From Octopus bimaculoides (lineage: Eukaryota): a stretch of DNA of 64,000 nt. The stretch covers positions 806,102 to 870,101 of the forward strand of contig NC_068982.1 in assembly GCF_001194135.2 (NCBI RefSeq), written 5' to 3'. Positions 1-13,072 of the stretch are shown in pieces (position 1 is the first letter of the stretch; each line of letters begins with the position of its first letter). A program made the translations under genes and the position numbers. The notes below the pieces were generated by a model. It did no database searches. It saw only the letters and a program-made list of their open reading frames with translations, and was not told the DNA's origin.

Positions 1-129
1 ATGAAGAAAAAGAAAAACACACTTCATGAATTTCTCTCAGATATAATTATTTCCATTTTTAAAGAAATTCCTCAGTTCATAAAATGCTTAACAAGTTACA
101 GTTTATACCATCTTTACTTGTTTCATTCA

Positions 130-300
130 TTAGACTGCGGCCATTCTGGGACAATGCCTCGAACAATTTATTCGAATAAATCGACCCCGGACTTATTTTT
201 TAAGCCTGGCACTTATTCTATAGGTCTCTTTTGCCGAACCGCTAATTTACGGGGACGTAAACACACCAACTACATACACAGACGGACAGACAGACAGACA
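130..300 (-). mobile_element. SINE family 1 (tRNA-headed, octopus OR/OK-like), 3' part
   Basis: Reverse complement matches the 3' half of the full copy at 44829-45238 (cttattctat-ggtctcttttgccgaaccgctaa-ttacggggacgtaaacacacc). Confidence 0.8.
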
Positions 301-362
301 GACACACACACACACAGACACACACACTTGCACACCTACGCACACACACTCATGTATACACA

Positions 363-1042
363 CAGGGTGCGATGGGTAAATTGTCGCCATATTATGTTTT
401 TGATTTCGCGCATGCAAATTGTTTGTTTTTGATTTTGTCCGACTACACAATATAGTAGGGTCAGTTGGGCACCGTCTGTGAGAAAAACAACACAATGACG
501 CAATTCACTCTACCAAAAATTTGGAAAAGACATGTACTGCTTGTCATTCGCACCGAAAGCTGCAATACGAACATATCAAAGTGCTTGGGTTTCAATCTCA
601 GGACAGTGTAATCTGAGGACAATGCGATCTGAGGTCAGTGCAATCTGAGGATATGTACCGAGAGTGATAAAAATCAAACACCCAGTCAACATCATGGTGT
701 TTGGAGTGATCACTAGTGATGGCGACGTCATGCTTTCATTCATCTTCCCACACGGCCTCAGATTCAACACAGAAGCCTACATCAAATGCCTGGAGGAGGT
801 AGTGTTGCACTGGGTTAAGAGGGTGGCTGCTGGATGCTGGAAGACCCTATTTCTGGCAACAGGACTCTGCACCATGTCACACATAGCTGTCAGAAAATTT
901 CTACTGCCACATCCCCCTTAATATCTGGCCACTTAACTCCCAGATTGGAACTCCCTTGATTATGTGTGGGGCGCAGTTGAGCGAGCGACTAACAAAACTC
1001 CTTGTAACACCAAAGATGAACTGAAGGCAAGGATTATGACAC
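363..1042 (+). mobile_element. Internally deleted Tc1/mariner DD37D (maT-like) element, 3' truncated
   Basis: 5' TIR CAGGGTGCGATGGGTAAATTGTC. Frames give KHPVNIMVFGVITSDGDVM..FIFPHGLRFNTEAYIKCLEEVV and, downstream, LDYVWGAVERATNKTPCNTKDELKARIM. Colinear with 28647-29513. Confidence 0.85.
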
Positions 1043-2875
1043 CACTTTAGAAACTATATATATATATATATAATTAAAAATACACATTAAGTACAGGACA
1101 TCACCAGCGAATGAAATATACGTAAACACACGAGAGATAAGTACAGGATAAAATACCAAAAGAAGTCTAACTCCTCCTCCTCCTCTTCCTCAGTTGTCGA
1201 CTGTTTATTACTCCCTGTTTCGTGCTTTCATTGACAAGAAAACGTCATAAGACAGCAGCATCCAGAAATTTTAAAAATATAAAATTTATGGAGAGTTTGG
1301 TCTTCGAACGCAAAAACGACACCAGAGTGGACGCACAGAGTAAACAATCGACGAAGACAGACATTAAGGGCCGTTAGGCCAAGACGAATTGTAATGGGTA
1401 ACGCCTGGGAGAAGTGAAGAAGAGAAGTAATAGTAGGAGAGAAAAATTAGTAGAAGAGAAAAAGTACCTTCGCCCACTATGAGAAACACGTTTTATGACC
1501 GCTTTAGGTAAACGATATGGAAAAGTTTAAAGAGTATTAATCAGGATAAAGTCTTATTTATAGAAAATATTTCCAACAGAAAAGTATTACGTTTCCATCA
1601 AATTACTAATAAACGAACAGTTTCATACAAAAATCTTATGAAGTCGGATTTCGATCTTTTATTCTCCATTCTTAAATTATGCATCGTACAAATACCATTG
1701 TTATCCCCCTCATCCACACATGCACCCTCTCACCTTCACATAACATCAGAGAAGTTTAAAATAAGTTATGTATTTTTCTGTACATCATCAAGATAACTAT
1801 CTGTATTCATTGATTTATTGATTTAAAATTCTTCGTAAATTTACTCAGTTCTTGAAGCAAGAAAAATATAGCTTCCTGTCAAATGAACCACGTACAACTG
1901 GAAAATATTTTTACTTAAAATGCATAAATATTCTAATATGCCTTATACTTCATTAACTTTTATGTTTACAAACAGCAAAGTGAAGTGAAATTTTTTCGTA
2001 TAACATGACGGTGTTGGTGGTTATACCATTTCCATTCTCCATACACTAGGAGGAGGAGGAGGAGGAGGAAATAATTATTTCTAACACTTGCACAAGTTAA
2101 TACCCAAGTTGCATTCTTGCTGTTTAAATGAAATATACTAAAAGGTGACAGTTCTAGATAAATTCTTGCATGATACACAAGTACAGAGCAAAATTCTTAA
2201 TAATCTAGCTGGTTTAAACCAGCAGGTGTTTTGCAGAAATTTTACGGAAACAGAAAAAAAACCCCGAAAAAACAACAACAACCAAAAACTAATGAAATAG
2301 TATAAAAATGTTTGAGTAACTTTTATCAGCAAGATACCGTTCTAGAAGATTTATCCTCGAGCAAGAATTATACACATTCCAAACCTGAAGGCCACACAAA
2401 GCATGAATAAATCGATAATATTAACCCTGCAGCTTAACTAATAAAACGAAAGTGGATTAGTTCTAAAGTTTATGTTTTCTTTTACGGATGGAATAGAATA
2501 ATATTGGTTATTAATTAATACTTTTTCGCCCTAAAGACTTGTCTGGAACTTCATTCTTAGAAGAACTTGTCGTAGCTGTAATTGTAATTTGGTCCTTGAG
2601 TACTAGATGATAAAAATACAACCCACTAGATCCAGTAAGTATCGCAATTCTAAAGTGTTGGTTAAGATTTCTAATCAATTTAGAGTGAATGTCATCCACC
2701 AATTGTTGTTATCACCGACTAATTAATGATTATAGTCTTAAATATGAGTATAAGCGAAAAAATTCGGTCAATTCATTGAATTGCTCCAAACTATATCTAT
2801 TTTATCGACCCAGATATTTAAAAGGCAAAAACGGTTTCGGCAGCAATTGAACTTATAAGCGAAGCAGGTAAACTA

Positions 2876-3103
2876 TTGGGTTGTCCGGAAAGTTCGTGCC
2901 GATTTTTAAAGGAAAGAAAAAGGCCAATAAATACTTGCCATTACATTTTAAATCAACCAAATATGAACCATTTTGTTGCACAATGCGTCTCCATCTTTCA
3001 TTTAACTTGAAAATGCCCTCTTCCCAGAATTGAGGTGGTTTCATGGCAAATAAGTCGAAAGGTAAGCTACTATAAATCGGCACGAACTTTCCGGACAACC
3101 TAA
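2876..3103 (-). mobile_element. 228-bp mariner deletion derivative (MITE-like)
   Basis: 30-bp TIRs TTGGGTTGTCCGGAAAGTTCGTGCCGATTT / TTAGGTTGTCCGGAAAGTTCGTGCCGATTT (1 mismatch), TA at 2874-2875 and 3104-3105. Minus frame FAMKPPQFWEEGIFKLNERWRRIVQQNGSY resembles a mariner C-terminus. Confidence 0.92.
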
Positions 3104-3568
3104 TACATACTTTAAGGAATGTTTTGCCACCAAGTCCCCTTGCAATTGATTTAGAAATAATATAGCGGCATAGACGAATTATCGCCTTTTATACAATCAT
3201 AACATACACATTATTTAAATCGATTGTCAGGCAACAATCGACCCCTCTGTGCAATTTTCATTTGATGCACATTTCACTATGTATCTCTTCGATTAAAAAT
3301 GATCTCGGGCTAAATTTCAACACAGATACTTATTTAGATCCAAGTGAAACTAATATCACATCGTTTATTACATTATTCTATGGATACAAATGTAAAGGTG
3401 GATAGAGTTGCCTGAACAAACGACAGAAGTTTTCACAAAGAATGAAGCAAATATTTTCTTTCCGAAATCATTCGACATTATCCAGCGCACAGGAAGAAAG
3501 TATATTTATTTCCACTGGGTTCACATATTTTGTTCCCTCTCACTTTTGCTGCATATTTCTGTTAAAAA

Positions 3569-3620
<52 letters not shown>

Positions 3621-3693
3621 GTCTGTCTGTCTGTCTGTCTGCCTGCTTGTCTGTATGCCTGTCTATCTATCTATGGTATTCTATGTGTACATA

Positions 3694-3745
<52 letters not shown>
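3569..3745. repeat. Compound microsatellite (ATCT)n-(GTCT)n-(GT)n
   Basis: Directly visible. Confidence 0.95.
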
Positions 3746-3746
<1 letters not shown>

Positions 3747-6738
3747 ATTTGTATATTACAATCGTTCCTACCCACCCCTCTCCCACATGTTCGTATCTAT
3801 AAATCTTACGTAATTCTGAGTTCTCTCTGTACGTTCTCTGTGCTGCAGTTGGTCCTCCTTCATGTATTCCTATGCCTCTGCTTCCAAGTTAAAACAGTGT
3901 GACCCGCCTTATTGATTCATTGTATATTTAACTTTGTAAAACGACCAACATCAACAGGAAATTGGCTGCTGGATCTGCAGCAAACCAAAAGATAAAGAAA
4001 AAATAATTTTCTTAAGTTGGCGTAAAAATACACCAGATGTCACTTGAGAACCGATCATATCTCTGCAATAAGCCTCTTCATCCTTCAGTTATGATATATC
4101 TATGTGATAAGAAAATCTCTATCTACTTTGATATAAAATGTTTTAATTAATTCCATTTTGTTTTTGTATACTTCTTATACACCAGATGTTTCCCCAGGTG
4201 TAGTTAAGCCAGATTTTGATTATTAAATTATTTTACAACGATAACATTATACAACTAAAATAAAATGCAACATGTTATCTGTTCAGATTATAACTGATGC
4301 TAAGAAAATCAACAAACTTGTTTTAAAGTAACATGCTTTCTATTAGAAGTTGAGTAAAACACGTCGAAATACTAACCTGAAATATTCCGTCATGTAATTA
4401 TATAATATTTTAGAGATTTAAAAGATAAATACATTAGTTATGTTTTGTATCACTTTCGTAATCTAAATTTATACGGCTAATATTTTTATCTGTATCATAG
4501 TGTGTATGTGAGAGTAAAATGTAAGCTAATAGGGACCTAGATTTTCGCTAAATTTCAATTGCTTGTTGCAGTCGTATTTATTACATTCACACTAGTTTTG
4601 TTTTTTTAAAGCTATGTACATCACAAATTTCCTTCTCCAATAAAATCGAAACCGTCTAATTGCCCAACAAATAAACAGATCGATTCAGATATGAATATTA
4701 CAAGAAGAAAACTGAAATCTTGAATATATTTTCTGTATAGACTTGTACTTGTAAATGTTTAATCCAACTTTATGGAATGGTAATCAACATTTGATTTTCT
4801 CGAGTTCTTGTAAATATTGTATTATGGGTTTTTTGATCTTGGATTTTAGCAATACAGTAAGTTCTTACCCGTATTCGGTTAATTATGAGCCAAAACTTTA
4901 CACGAGTGTCTCTGAGATATAAGTGTGTTTGATGTGTATGCTAAAGTCTGCATTTACACAGATGGGAACATTAATATATTGTTTCGATTATCGGTTCAGG
5001 TTTATGACAGTTATACACTTGGTTATTGAATGCAAAGTTGAAAAATGCTTAATTCATGATGCAGCAGCAGCAGCAGCAGCAGCAGCAGATTATGCAAATA
5101 ATATGGCTAACGCCAAATCTGTTAACTATAATATTTGGATATTAAGCAACTATTTAAACAAATCGATAAACAACACCGCCAACGACCCTCTTTCACATAT
5201 ATATTCTCAATCTGTCTTTCTCTCTCTCTTTGTGTGCGTGAATGTGTGTGTGTGTGAGTGTGTGTGTGTTTATTGTATTGGAATAAATTGCTTGATCCTG
5301 TTGCTAATTTAGTACAATTATTTTACTGGTGGAAGGAGGGGCGCGGTTGATTAGTCGAATCATTAGAGTGTAGGACCCATAAGTTGTACATATTTATTCT
5401 AATTACTTACAATTTGAGTTCAAATTCTGTGGAGGTTAACACGAGGTTTCATCCATCTGGAGTTTACAAAATAAGCGCCGATACTGATTCTTCTCTCTCT
5501 ATCTTCCTCGCCCCCCTCTCATAATTGGCAGCAGCACTGTGAGTAAACCTAGAAGACCAGTCATAGTATTGCTTTCGTTCAAAACAACCAATTTCATTTG
5601 ATTGCAGCGGAGGAGAATGGTCAGTGAGGCTTTGGTAAAGTATGATGATGAATAAAAGCTACAAATATTTATAACAAGGAACCGAGCTTTTGTTACCTTC
5701 TTGGTTCTTTTAGTGCTTACAAAGTCTACTGCGGTACTCGGAGTATGCAGGTATATTCCCGAGCTCCCTTCTTAACTATTTGGTTGGCTCCCAGGTCAGA
5801 TAAGCTAAGTTAATTTGAGTAGAGTTTTACAAGTTTATTGTTTGTGTAGTACATTCTACGATAGTCGTACATTCTCTCGATTCCCTGTAATTCAGACAGC
5901 TTCATGGTCCCAGCAGACAAAATGGAAAAGGCGTCGCCCCAGAGAATAGCTAGAGAGATGCACCACAACAGCCACTCTGCCTCGATTGCGGTATCCGGGG
6001 GCCGAGAACACCGGAAGTCTAAACTTATGACAACAATATTGTTTTTAATTAAAGGTTCTTTTGATGATTGTACAACTCTTTGGCTATAAATAGGTCTGTA
6101 AATATTTAATGAAGGTGATGACAACAAGGAGGGTGGTCTGTATCGATATACCTCATGACTCGCATCTTCTGGTTTTGTGTTTAGCGATATTTCTTCTATG
6201 TCTACCATATTTCGGTCAGAAAATAAGCGGAAGTCCACAAAATCCTCATCATTTGAAGAGCTGTAATTGTTCCTCTTAAAATTGGCCTTCGGCTAATCGT
6301 TAAGCAGTCTTATTTAAACTCCTCCACCCCGTCAAATATTGACTGTGATGCAGGGGGCCCACAGGGGAGGGAGGCACACAGGAAGGATGCAAATCATACA
6401 TGTGCACTACGTGTTCGAGCAATCTCAGTATTCCTATGAATACTTCTGGTGTTGTATACAGTGAAGCTTTACTATAGCGTCGTATATTATCGACTGCTAC
6501 TTACCAGTAAATATTGGTGCATTGTTGTACCGTTATCTTTTTTATACTTTAACCTGATGGTACTTTGTTTTACTGGGAAGCAATGCTACTCTACACACAC
6601 ACATATATATATATATAACCCACACCCCACCCTTGCTTCCATCACCCTCACATCCCCACACACCTACACATGCACACATTAAGGTCACCAACCCCTATCC
6701 ACACGCACATACAGTTGTAAATTCCAACTATATATATA

Positions 6739-6965
6739 NNNNNNNNNNNNNNNNNNNNNNNNNNNNNNNNNNNNNNNNNNNNNNNNNNNNNNNNNNNNNN
6801 NNNNNNNNNNNNNNNNNNNNNNNNNNNNNNNNNNNNNNNNNNNNNNNNNNNNNNNNNNNNNNNNNNNNNNNNNNNNNNNNNNNNNNNNNNNNNNNNNNNN
6901 NNNNNNNNNNNNNNNNNNNNNNNNNNNNNNNNNNNNNNNNNNNNNNNNNNNNNNNNNNNNNNNNN
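6739..6965. other. Assembly gap (others: 8580-9229, 17605-17969, 20185-20486, 34892-35675, 39135-39152, 43662-43711, 58439-59355)
   Basis: Runs of N, almost all bounded by (TA)n, (CA)n or (CACG)n tracts. Confidence 0.99.
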
Positions 6966-7016
<51 letters not shown>

Positions 7017-9229
7017 CACATACATTCATTCATACACACACGTATACATTTGTATACATATATTTCTCTTTGTGTACGCATGCGTGTGTTTTCAAAATGC
7101 AAACGACGTTTGAAAACATAAATTTCCGATCCTTTGATATGATGTTCTTGAAACAACTCACGAAATCGATTATTCATTGAACAGAAAACTGATCTTTTCA
7201 AAGTTATGATAGTGTTTTATTATTTTTTTTTAGTGTTTTGCTAAGTTGTTAATGAGCATGTCGACTGTCAGCGAATTGCATCAATGATTCCTTAGTAGTT
7301 GTTAATAATACAATAACACCAGATTCCCATTATTGTATCTAAATGTCTTTTTGTAGTCTAATCATTCAAAGTTATATGTTCAGGCTTATAAGTGTTTTCT
7401 CAGTAATACTAGATGCAATCTTGTGATTGCCACTTAAGCTTTGGTACAGCGCTCCGAATCTAGTTAGCTTCACTACTCATATCCTCTCTACGAAATACAG
7501 TGTGCAAACAGCAACCTCCTTAGTGTAATCGTTCTATCTTTAAAGTAGCAGTTAATTATATACTTCATACTTATCGTTTAGATCATCGTTATCTATTACT
7601 AGCAATTATATAAGAACGAAAACAATATATATTTCTTGAGTGAACAGTTACTCAACAGGATATTTCATGAAATGCCGTCCAAGAACTAATTCCAATACTA
7701 ATTGGATGCGATGATAACATTTCTTATATTTTTTTTTATATAATTAAGTTAGAAACAAAGCATTTCCGTTGTGTCTTTAAATGACTTGATTTCCCGGGAT
7801 CTTATCTCTAACAGCACAAAAGGAAAACGATTAAACAGAGTTCACCACGTAAATTTCAATATATCAAATACATAACTGAAACAAACAGAAAGACGATTAT
7901 AAGATTTGCGACACTGAAATATGAACTAAGGATATCAGACAGTCTTTCAAGGAAACTTGATTTAGTGTTTGCAATATAAAACTATTACTTACAAATGGAC
8001 ACTTAAATTTTCTACTGGAGATTTCTGGTGCAAGTTTCCTGTGATGACAAATCGTTTAGCCGAAAGAAGAAACGGAAAAGAGAGTTGACTTCATTTTGTC
8101 TTGCTTCGAATAAATGATATTACGTAGAAAAGAAACAGGTAATGTCTGTTGACTTCCTGTTGTCCTGGCTTAAGTCAAATTCATTACATATCAACACATT
8201 TAAATTCAGAATACAGCAGCATTGCTAGTAGTGTTTTAAATAAAACACAGCTGAAAACTCTCAACGAATCAGGTAAATATTATTCAATAAGGAAACATAA
8301 CATTCCATCATATATTTCTGTACAGAATATAGGAGGAGCACAAAAGTTCTAACCTTTATTGAGTCACAAAACCCGTTAAGCTGTACATAACGTGCACCGC
8401 ATGGTTAAATGAGAAACCTCTTCGTAAATTTAAAATGAACCGTATTCATTCGAAAGTCTGTCGACGTAAAATAAGCAATATTAACAATACACACACACTT
8501 ATACACACACACTTATACACACACGCACACGCACACGCACGCACACGCACACGCACGCACACGCACGCACACGCACGCANNNNNNNNNNNNNNNNNNNNN
8601 NNNNNNNNNNNNNNNNNNNNNNNNNNNNNNNNNNNNNNNNNNNNNNNNNNNNNNNNNNNNNNNNNNNNNNNNNNNNNNNNNNNNNNNNNNNNNNNNNNNN
8701 NNNNNNNNNNNNNNNNNNNNNNNNNNNNNNNNNNNNNNNNNNNNNNNNNNNNNNNNNNNNNNNNNNNNNNNNNNNNNNNNNNNNNNNNNNNNNNNNNNNN
8801 NNNNNNNNNNNNNNNNNNNNNNNNNNNNNNNNNNNNNNNNNNNNNNNNNNNNNNNNNNNNNNNNNNNNNNNNNNNNNNNNNNNNNNNNNNNNNNNNNNNN
8901 NNNNNNNNNNNNNNNNNNNNNNNNNNNNNNNNNNNNNNNNNNNNNNNNNNNNNNNNNNNNNNNNNNNNNNNNNNNNNNNNNNNNNNNNNNNNNNNNNNNN
9001 NNNNNNNNNNNNNNNNNNNNNNNNNNNNNNNNNNNNNNNNNNNNNNNNNNNNNNNNNNNNNNNNNNNNNNNNNNNNNNNNNNNNNNNNNNNNNNNNNNNN
9101 NNNNNNNNNNNNNNNNNNNNNNNNNNNNNNNNNNNNNNNNNNNNNNNNNNNNNNNNNNNNNNNNNNNNNNNNNNNNNNNNNNNNNNNNNNNNNNNNNNNN
9201 NNNNNNNNNNNNNNNNNNNNNNNNNNNNN

Positions 9230-9600
9230 GAGAGATGTGATTACTACGAAGAGGATAGAACATTGGATTGGCTACAATGCAAAGGGCCATGGAAAGATCC
9301 GTGCTTGGATTATCATGACGAGAATCGATTCGAAATGAGATAATTCGAGAATGGAGCGGAGTGAACGATGTGACCGTTTAGAATACCAAAATCACAAGTT
9401 CCACTGGGTGAGACATGTTGCAAGGTTTACAGACAACAAATGGAACCGTGCAGTTGCTGAGTGGTTCCCAAGAGATTGGTAAAGGTTTCTTGGAAGGCCT
9501 CCACGACCATGGGAAGATGATTTAGTCAAGCAATTTGGGGCGCAATCCAGACAGAATTGTAAGTGCATTGTGACCAGTGGTGTACAATAGAATCTGTTGG
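9230..9600 (+). mobile_element. RTE-clade LINE 3' fragment (decayed ORF2 C-terminus)
   Basis: Translates with breaks to RLATMQRAMERSVLGLS..IRNEIIREWSGV..KFHWVRHVARFTDNKWNRAVAEWFPRDW*RFLGRPPRPWEDDL, matching the RTE W.GHVAR..D.RW...V.EW.P...KR..GRP..RW.DD motif. Confidence 0.85.
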
Positions 9601-9747
9601 TCTGGTTGACATTGTAATATGCATTTAGGTATGCTTATGCATTTGTTTTGCAAGCTTCTTGATGTGAAATCGCATGCTAAAACTAATATTGCTATACTTG
9701 GGAATTAAACACACACACACACCATTTATTTGATGTACACTTCAGAT

Positions 9748-10116
9748 TTATTACCTCCGCCTTAGCGAAGGCGGAGGTATTGTTTTCAGTCATGTTTGTT
9801 TGTTTGTTTGTCCATGGACAAGATATCTCAAGAACCATTAGATATATTCGGATGAAACTTTCAGGGATGTTTGGCCTCGTGACTGGCACGACCTGATTAG
9901 ATTTTGGGATCGATCCGGTACTGGACAAGGATTCCGGATTATTTTTCCTGTTTCTTCACTTAATTTTTGAAAACGGTCGGGTTCATTTTTAGTATTCTCG
10001 TTTGTGAGAGCAGTCGAGTTCATTTCAGATATTCTCATTTTAAAAATCATCTCTGGCTAATCGCTGAGAGGACGTTGGTGTTGCCCTGGCGGAAGTTTCC
10101 GCTCTCTGAGTGCTCT
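9748..10116 (+). mobile_element. Helentron-associated interspersed element (HINE/DINE-1-like)
   Basis: 5' 12-bp hairpin TACCTCCGCCTT-agcg-AAGGCGGAGGTA (9752-9779), (GTTT)n, core, 3' subterminal repeat CCCTGGCGGAAGT and gctctctgagtgc end, in a T-rich site. Confidence 0.75.
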
Positions 10117-11339
10117 TATTATTATTTTTTTTAGTTTAGTTGTCGAAGTTCTTTCGTCCCACGTTCTGTAATCTCTTCAACGACTTTCTGTTCCACGTGT
10201 CTCTTCTTATCTTGCCTTTTCTTTCATTACTCTATGGTGCACTTTCATTATTCTAGGCTGCGCATTGTTTTCTTGTTTATGCACATAACGTCTTCTTGTC
10301 AGTTTATGGACATCATTCTCTCTAAGTGTCTTCTTTTCGCTTCTTTCATTTTGCTTTGTTTCTATCCTCTTCCTCTTCTTCTTGCTTTTCTTTTCTTTCC
10401 CTATCCATATGAATTTTCTCAGTAAACCTCGTTAGTCAGCAGATTATGCCTTAAATTATTCTCTTTATATTATAATTATCAGAATCTTCATGAAGATATG
10501 CTAATATTCTACTGATTTTGGCAATATGTTTTCGGAACACTTTTGTTGTCATGTTTAACTGTAAGAACAGCAAACCCTAAATTTCTAGTAATGTAGTAAA
10601 ATAAAGGGTTTTAGAGCAGCGCCGGCGGATGTATTGGAACATTTCTGATAGAGTCAAATGTCATGTTTAGCGCCGACCATCTGCAGTATTTGAGTAAATT
10701 TTGCCATAACTGGCTTTTGTTGGCAAGGTTGCTAGACTTAATGAGTTCTTATGGATAATTAATACCTTAAACTGTGCTTACGTTTACGAACCTCCACCCC
10801 TGTCCACCTCTCTAGATTGACAGGCTGAAAATACACCCATTCTAAATTTCATAAACGTAGGTAAATTTGTTTAGACATTTCACTTGTTGATGATTTGTTA
10901 ATTAATCAAGTCACTAATCACTCGTTGATTTGGTGTCCAGATGAATTGGGAGCTTTGTAACATATCACGCAATCTAATAGCATTATGCTTTTGTCACAAT
11001 AAACATTCCTAATGCAACAATAATAGCAATACCAGATAATCCATTCGTCTATGTATATGTTTATGTATGTATAATATATGAAATTTTATATATATATATA
11101 TAAAAGAATGCTATAGATTTGTATTGAGTCCTGCAATTTATCATTTCTCGTGAATCAATATATATATATATATATATATATATACACTGAGAAAAAAGAG
11201 GCTGTCAGAATTATTAGTGTTTCCGTTCGTTATGCAAACTCTACAAGACAAAAATTAAAAACAAAATGATACAAACAGAACGTTTCCTTGTTCTTTTATG
11301 GGAATCAGATGTGAATCATGATTGCAAAAAATACGTCGT

Positions 11340-11632
11340 TAAAAAGTGGAAACACTTGCTCGATGATTGCTTTATCTTTTGGGAGAGATCAAATGAGGAC
11401 CTACAAATATTTAATGACATAGTCAACACACTTCACTCATCCATCAAATTCACGACAGAAACCAATTGCAATGAATTACCATTCCTGGATATTCACATAA
11501 AAATACACAACTCTACAATCACAACACATATTTTACAAACAAAAACGGACACGCACCAATATGTGGATTTCTGCTCTTGCCATCTCTCACACTTCAAAAG
11601 ATTCATCCCATTCAGCATGGCAAGATGTATTT

Positions 11633-11637
<5 letters not shown>
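11340..11637 (+). mobile_element. Penelope-like element reverse transcriptase fragment
   Basis: WKHLLDDCFIFW...LQIFNDIVNTLHSSIKFTTE..NELPFLDIHI...TDTHQYVDFCSCH..HFKRFIPFSMA matches the PLE RT pattern RYxDD...IKFTxE...LPFLD...TDTHQYL..S.HP.H.K..IP.S.A. Confidence 0.85.
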
Positions 11638-11727
<90 letters not shown>

Positions 11728-12455
11728 GTTTATGAATTTGTGCTGCAAGATTCCTGATGTGAAATCGTGTGTTGAAACGGATATTGTTATATTTCGGGGT
11801 GGTCATTTTTTTCTAGCCAAATAAACTCAAGCACTATATATTCGTTCTTCACGCTTTTGTTTTTCTTATTTTATCCTATATAGAAATAGGCATTAACTTA
11901 ATTCCTTAAAATTGGTTTATGAAATGAAAATTATGTTTTAAAATTAAGATAACAGAAAAGTCTGAGACGCAATAAATGGTGTTAACACAGAAAAACTGAA
12001 AATTGCACGCCAAAAACCAATATGTCTATGGAAATCATATCAGCGAAAAGAGATAATCTGCTTTTAATTTTCATAGATTACATTGTCTTCAGATTAATCA
12101 AGATAATTAGAAAAGATAACGTTATCCCATAATTGTACGTGTTACTATTTTACATCATATTTCGTTAGTACAAATTGGTATTTTTCACGGCACTTAGTTG
12201 TATTTAATTCAGAAAATAGTTCTGGAATAAAGAAAATTGGATAGGCATTATATCAAATTGTTTCAAATTTCTTCGAAACACGCAATTTTGCCCAAAACTC
12301 ATTCTTATAAATCCTAGATTAATATTTTAATGATTAAACAAGCGTTTACATGAAAACATACCTCACACATTTTAATCGGTTGTAATTATCAGGTATGATT
12401 CCATATTCCACAAAAAGACTGTTGCAGTGAAAATGAAAGATCAAGATAGATAGAC

Positions 12456-12525
<70 letters not shown>

Positions 12526-12743
12526 AAGTTTTTAGACTTTGTTGACTCATGTTTACATAATATACATATAAGAGGAAGAGTTTAAGAGGTGATCTAAGCT
12601 AATAGGTATGCGGTCTGAGTGCTCCAATTGATGAGCTACTAGGATCCAAGTTCAGAACGGGGACTGGAGTTGTGTTAGCCACCGTCCAGTAGGGAGGGAG
12701 AGAACCGGGGATCTGTAGCTTACTTCCGAGTAAGCGAGTATAA

Positions 12744-13072
12744 ATTAAAGGAAGAGGAAAACAAAACCAAGCACAAGCTTATCAGTTCATTTTAATTATT
12801 TTAATGGTGAATCGAAGTAAGCAAGAGTAGATAACAGTGTCTTACAGCTGTTTCTGAGATATCCCAGGTAATGGATCGATGTGTTGATCCACATTTCGAT
12901 CTACTGGATATTCTGTCATCGGAGACAAAACACATATGCAAGAAACTTGTATGCGGCTATCCCAGAAACAGCTGTAAGACACTATTATTTACTTTTGTTT
13001 ACTTCGATTCATCATTAAAATAATTCAAATCAACTGATACGCTTGTCCTGCCTTGATTTTGTTTTCTCTTCC

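Noticed and set aside
1-432. 143-aa ORF
   Set aside because: It runs through a SINE fragment and (CAGA)/(CA) repeats, with no domain.
6280-6298. Small hairpin ATTGGCC-ttc-GGCTAAT
   Set aside because: Does not match the histone stem-loop consensus; expected by chance.
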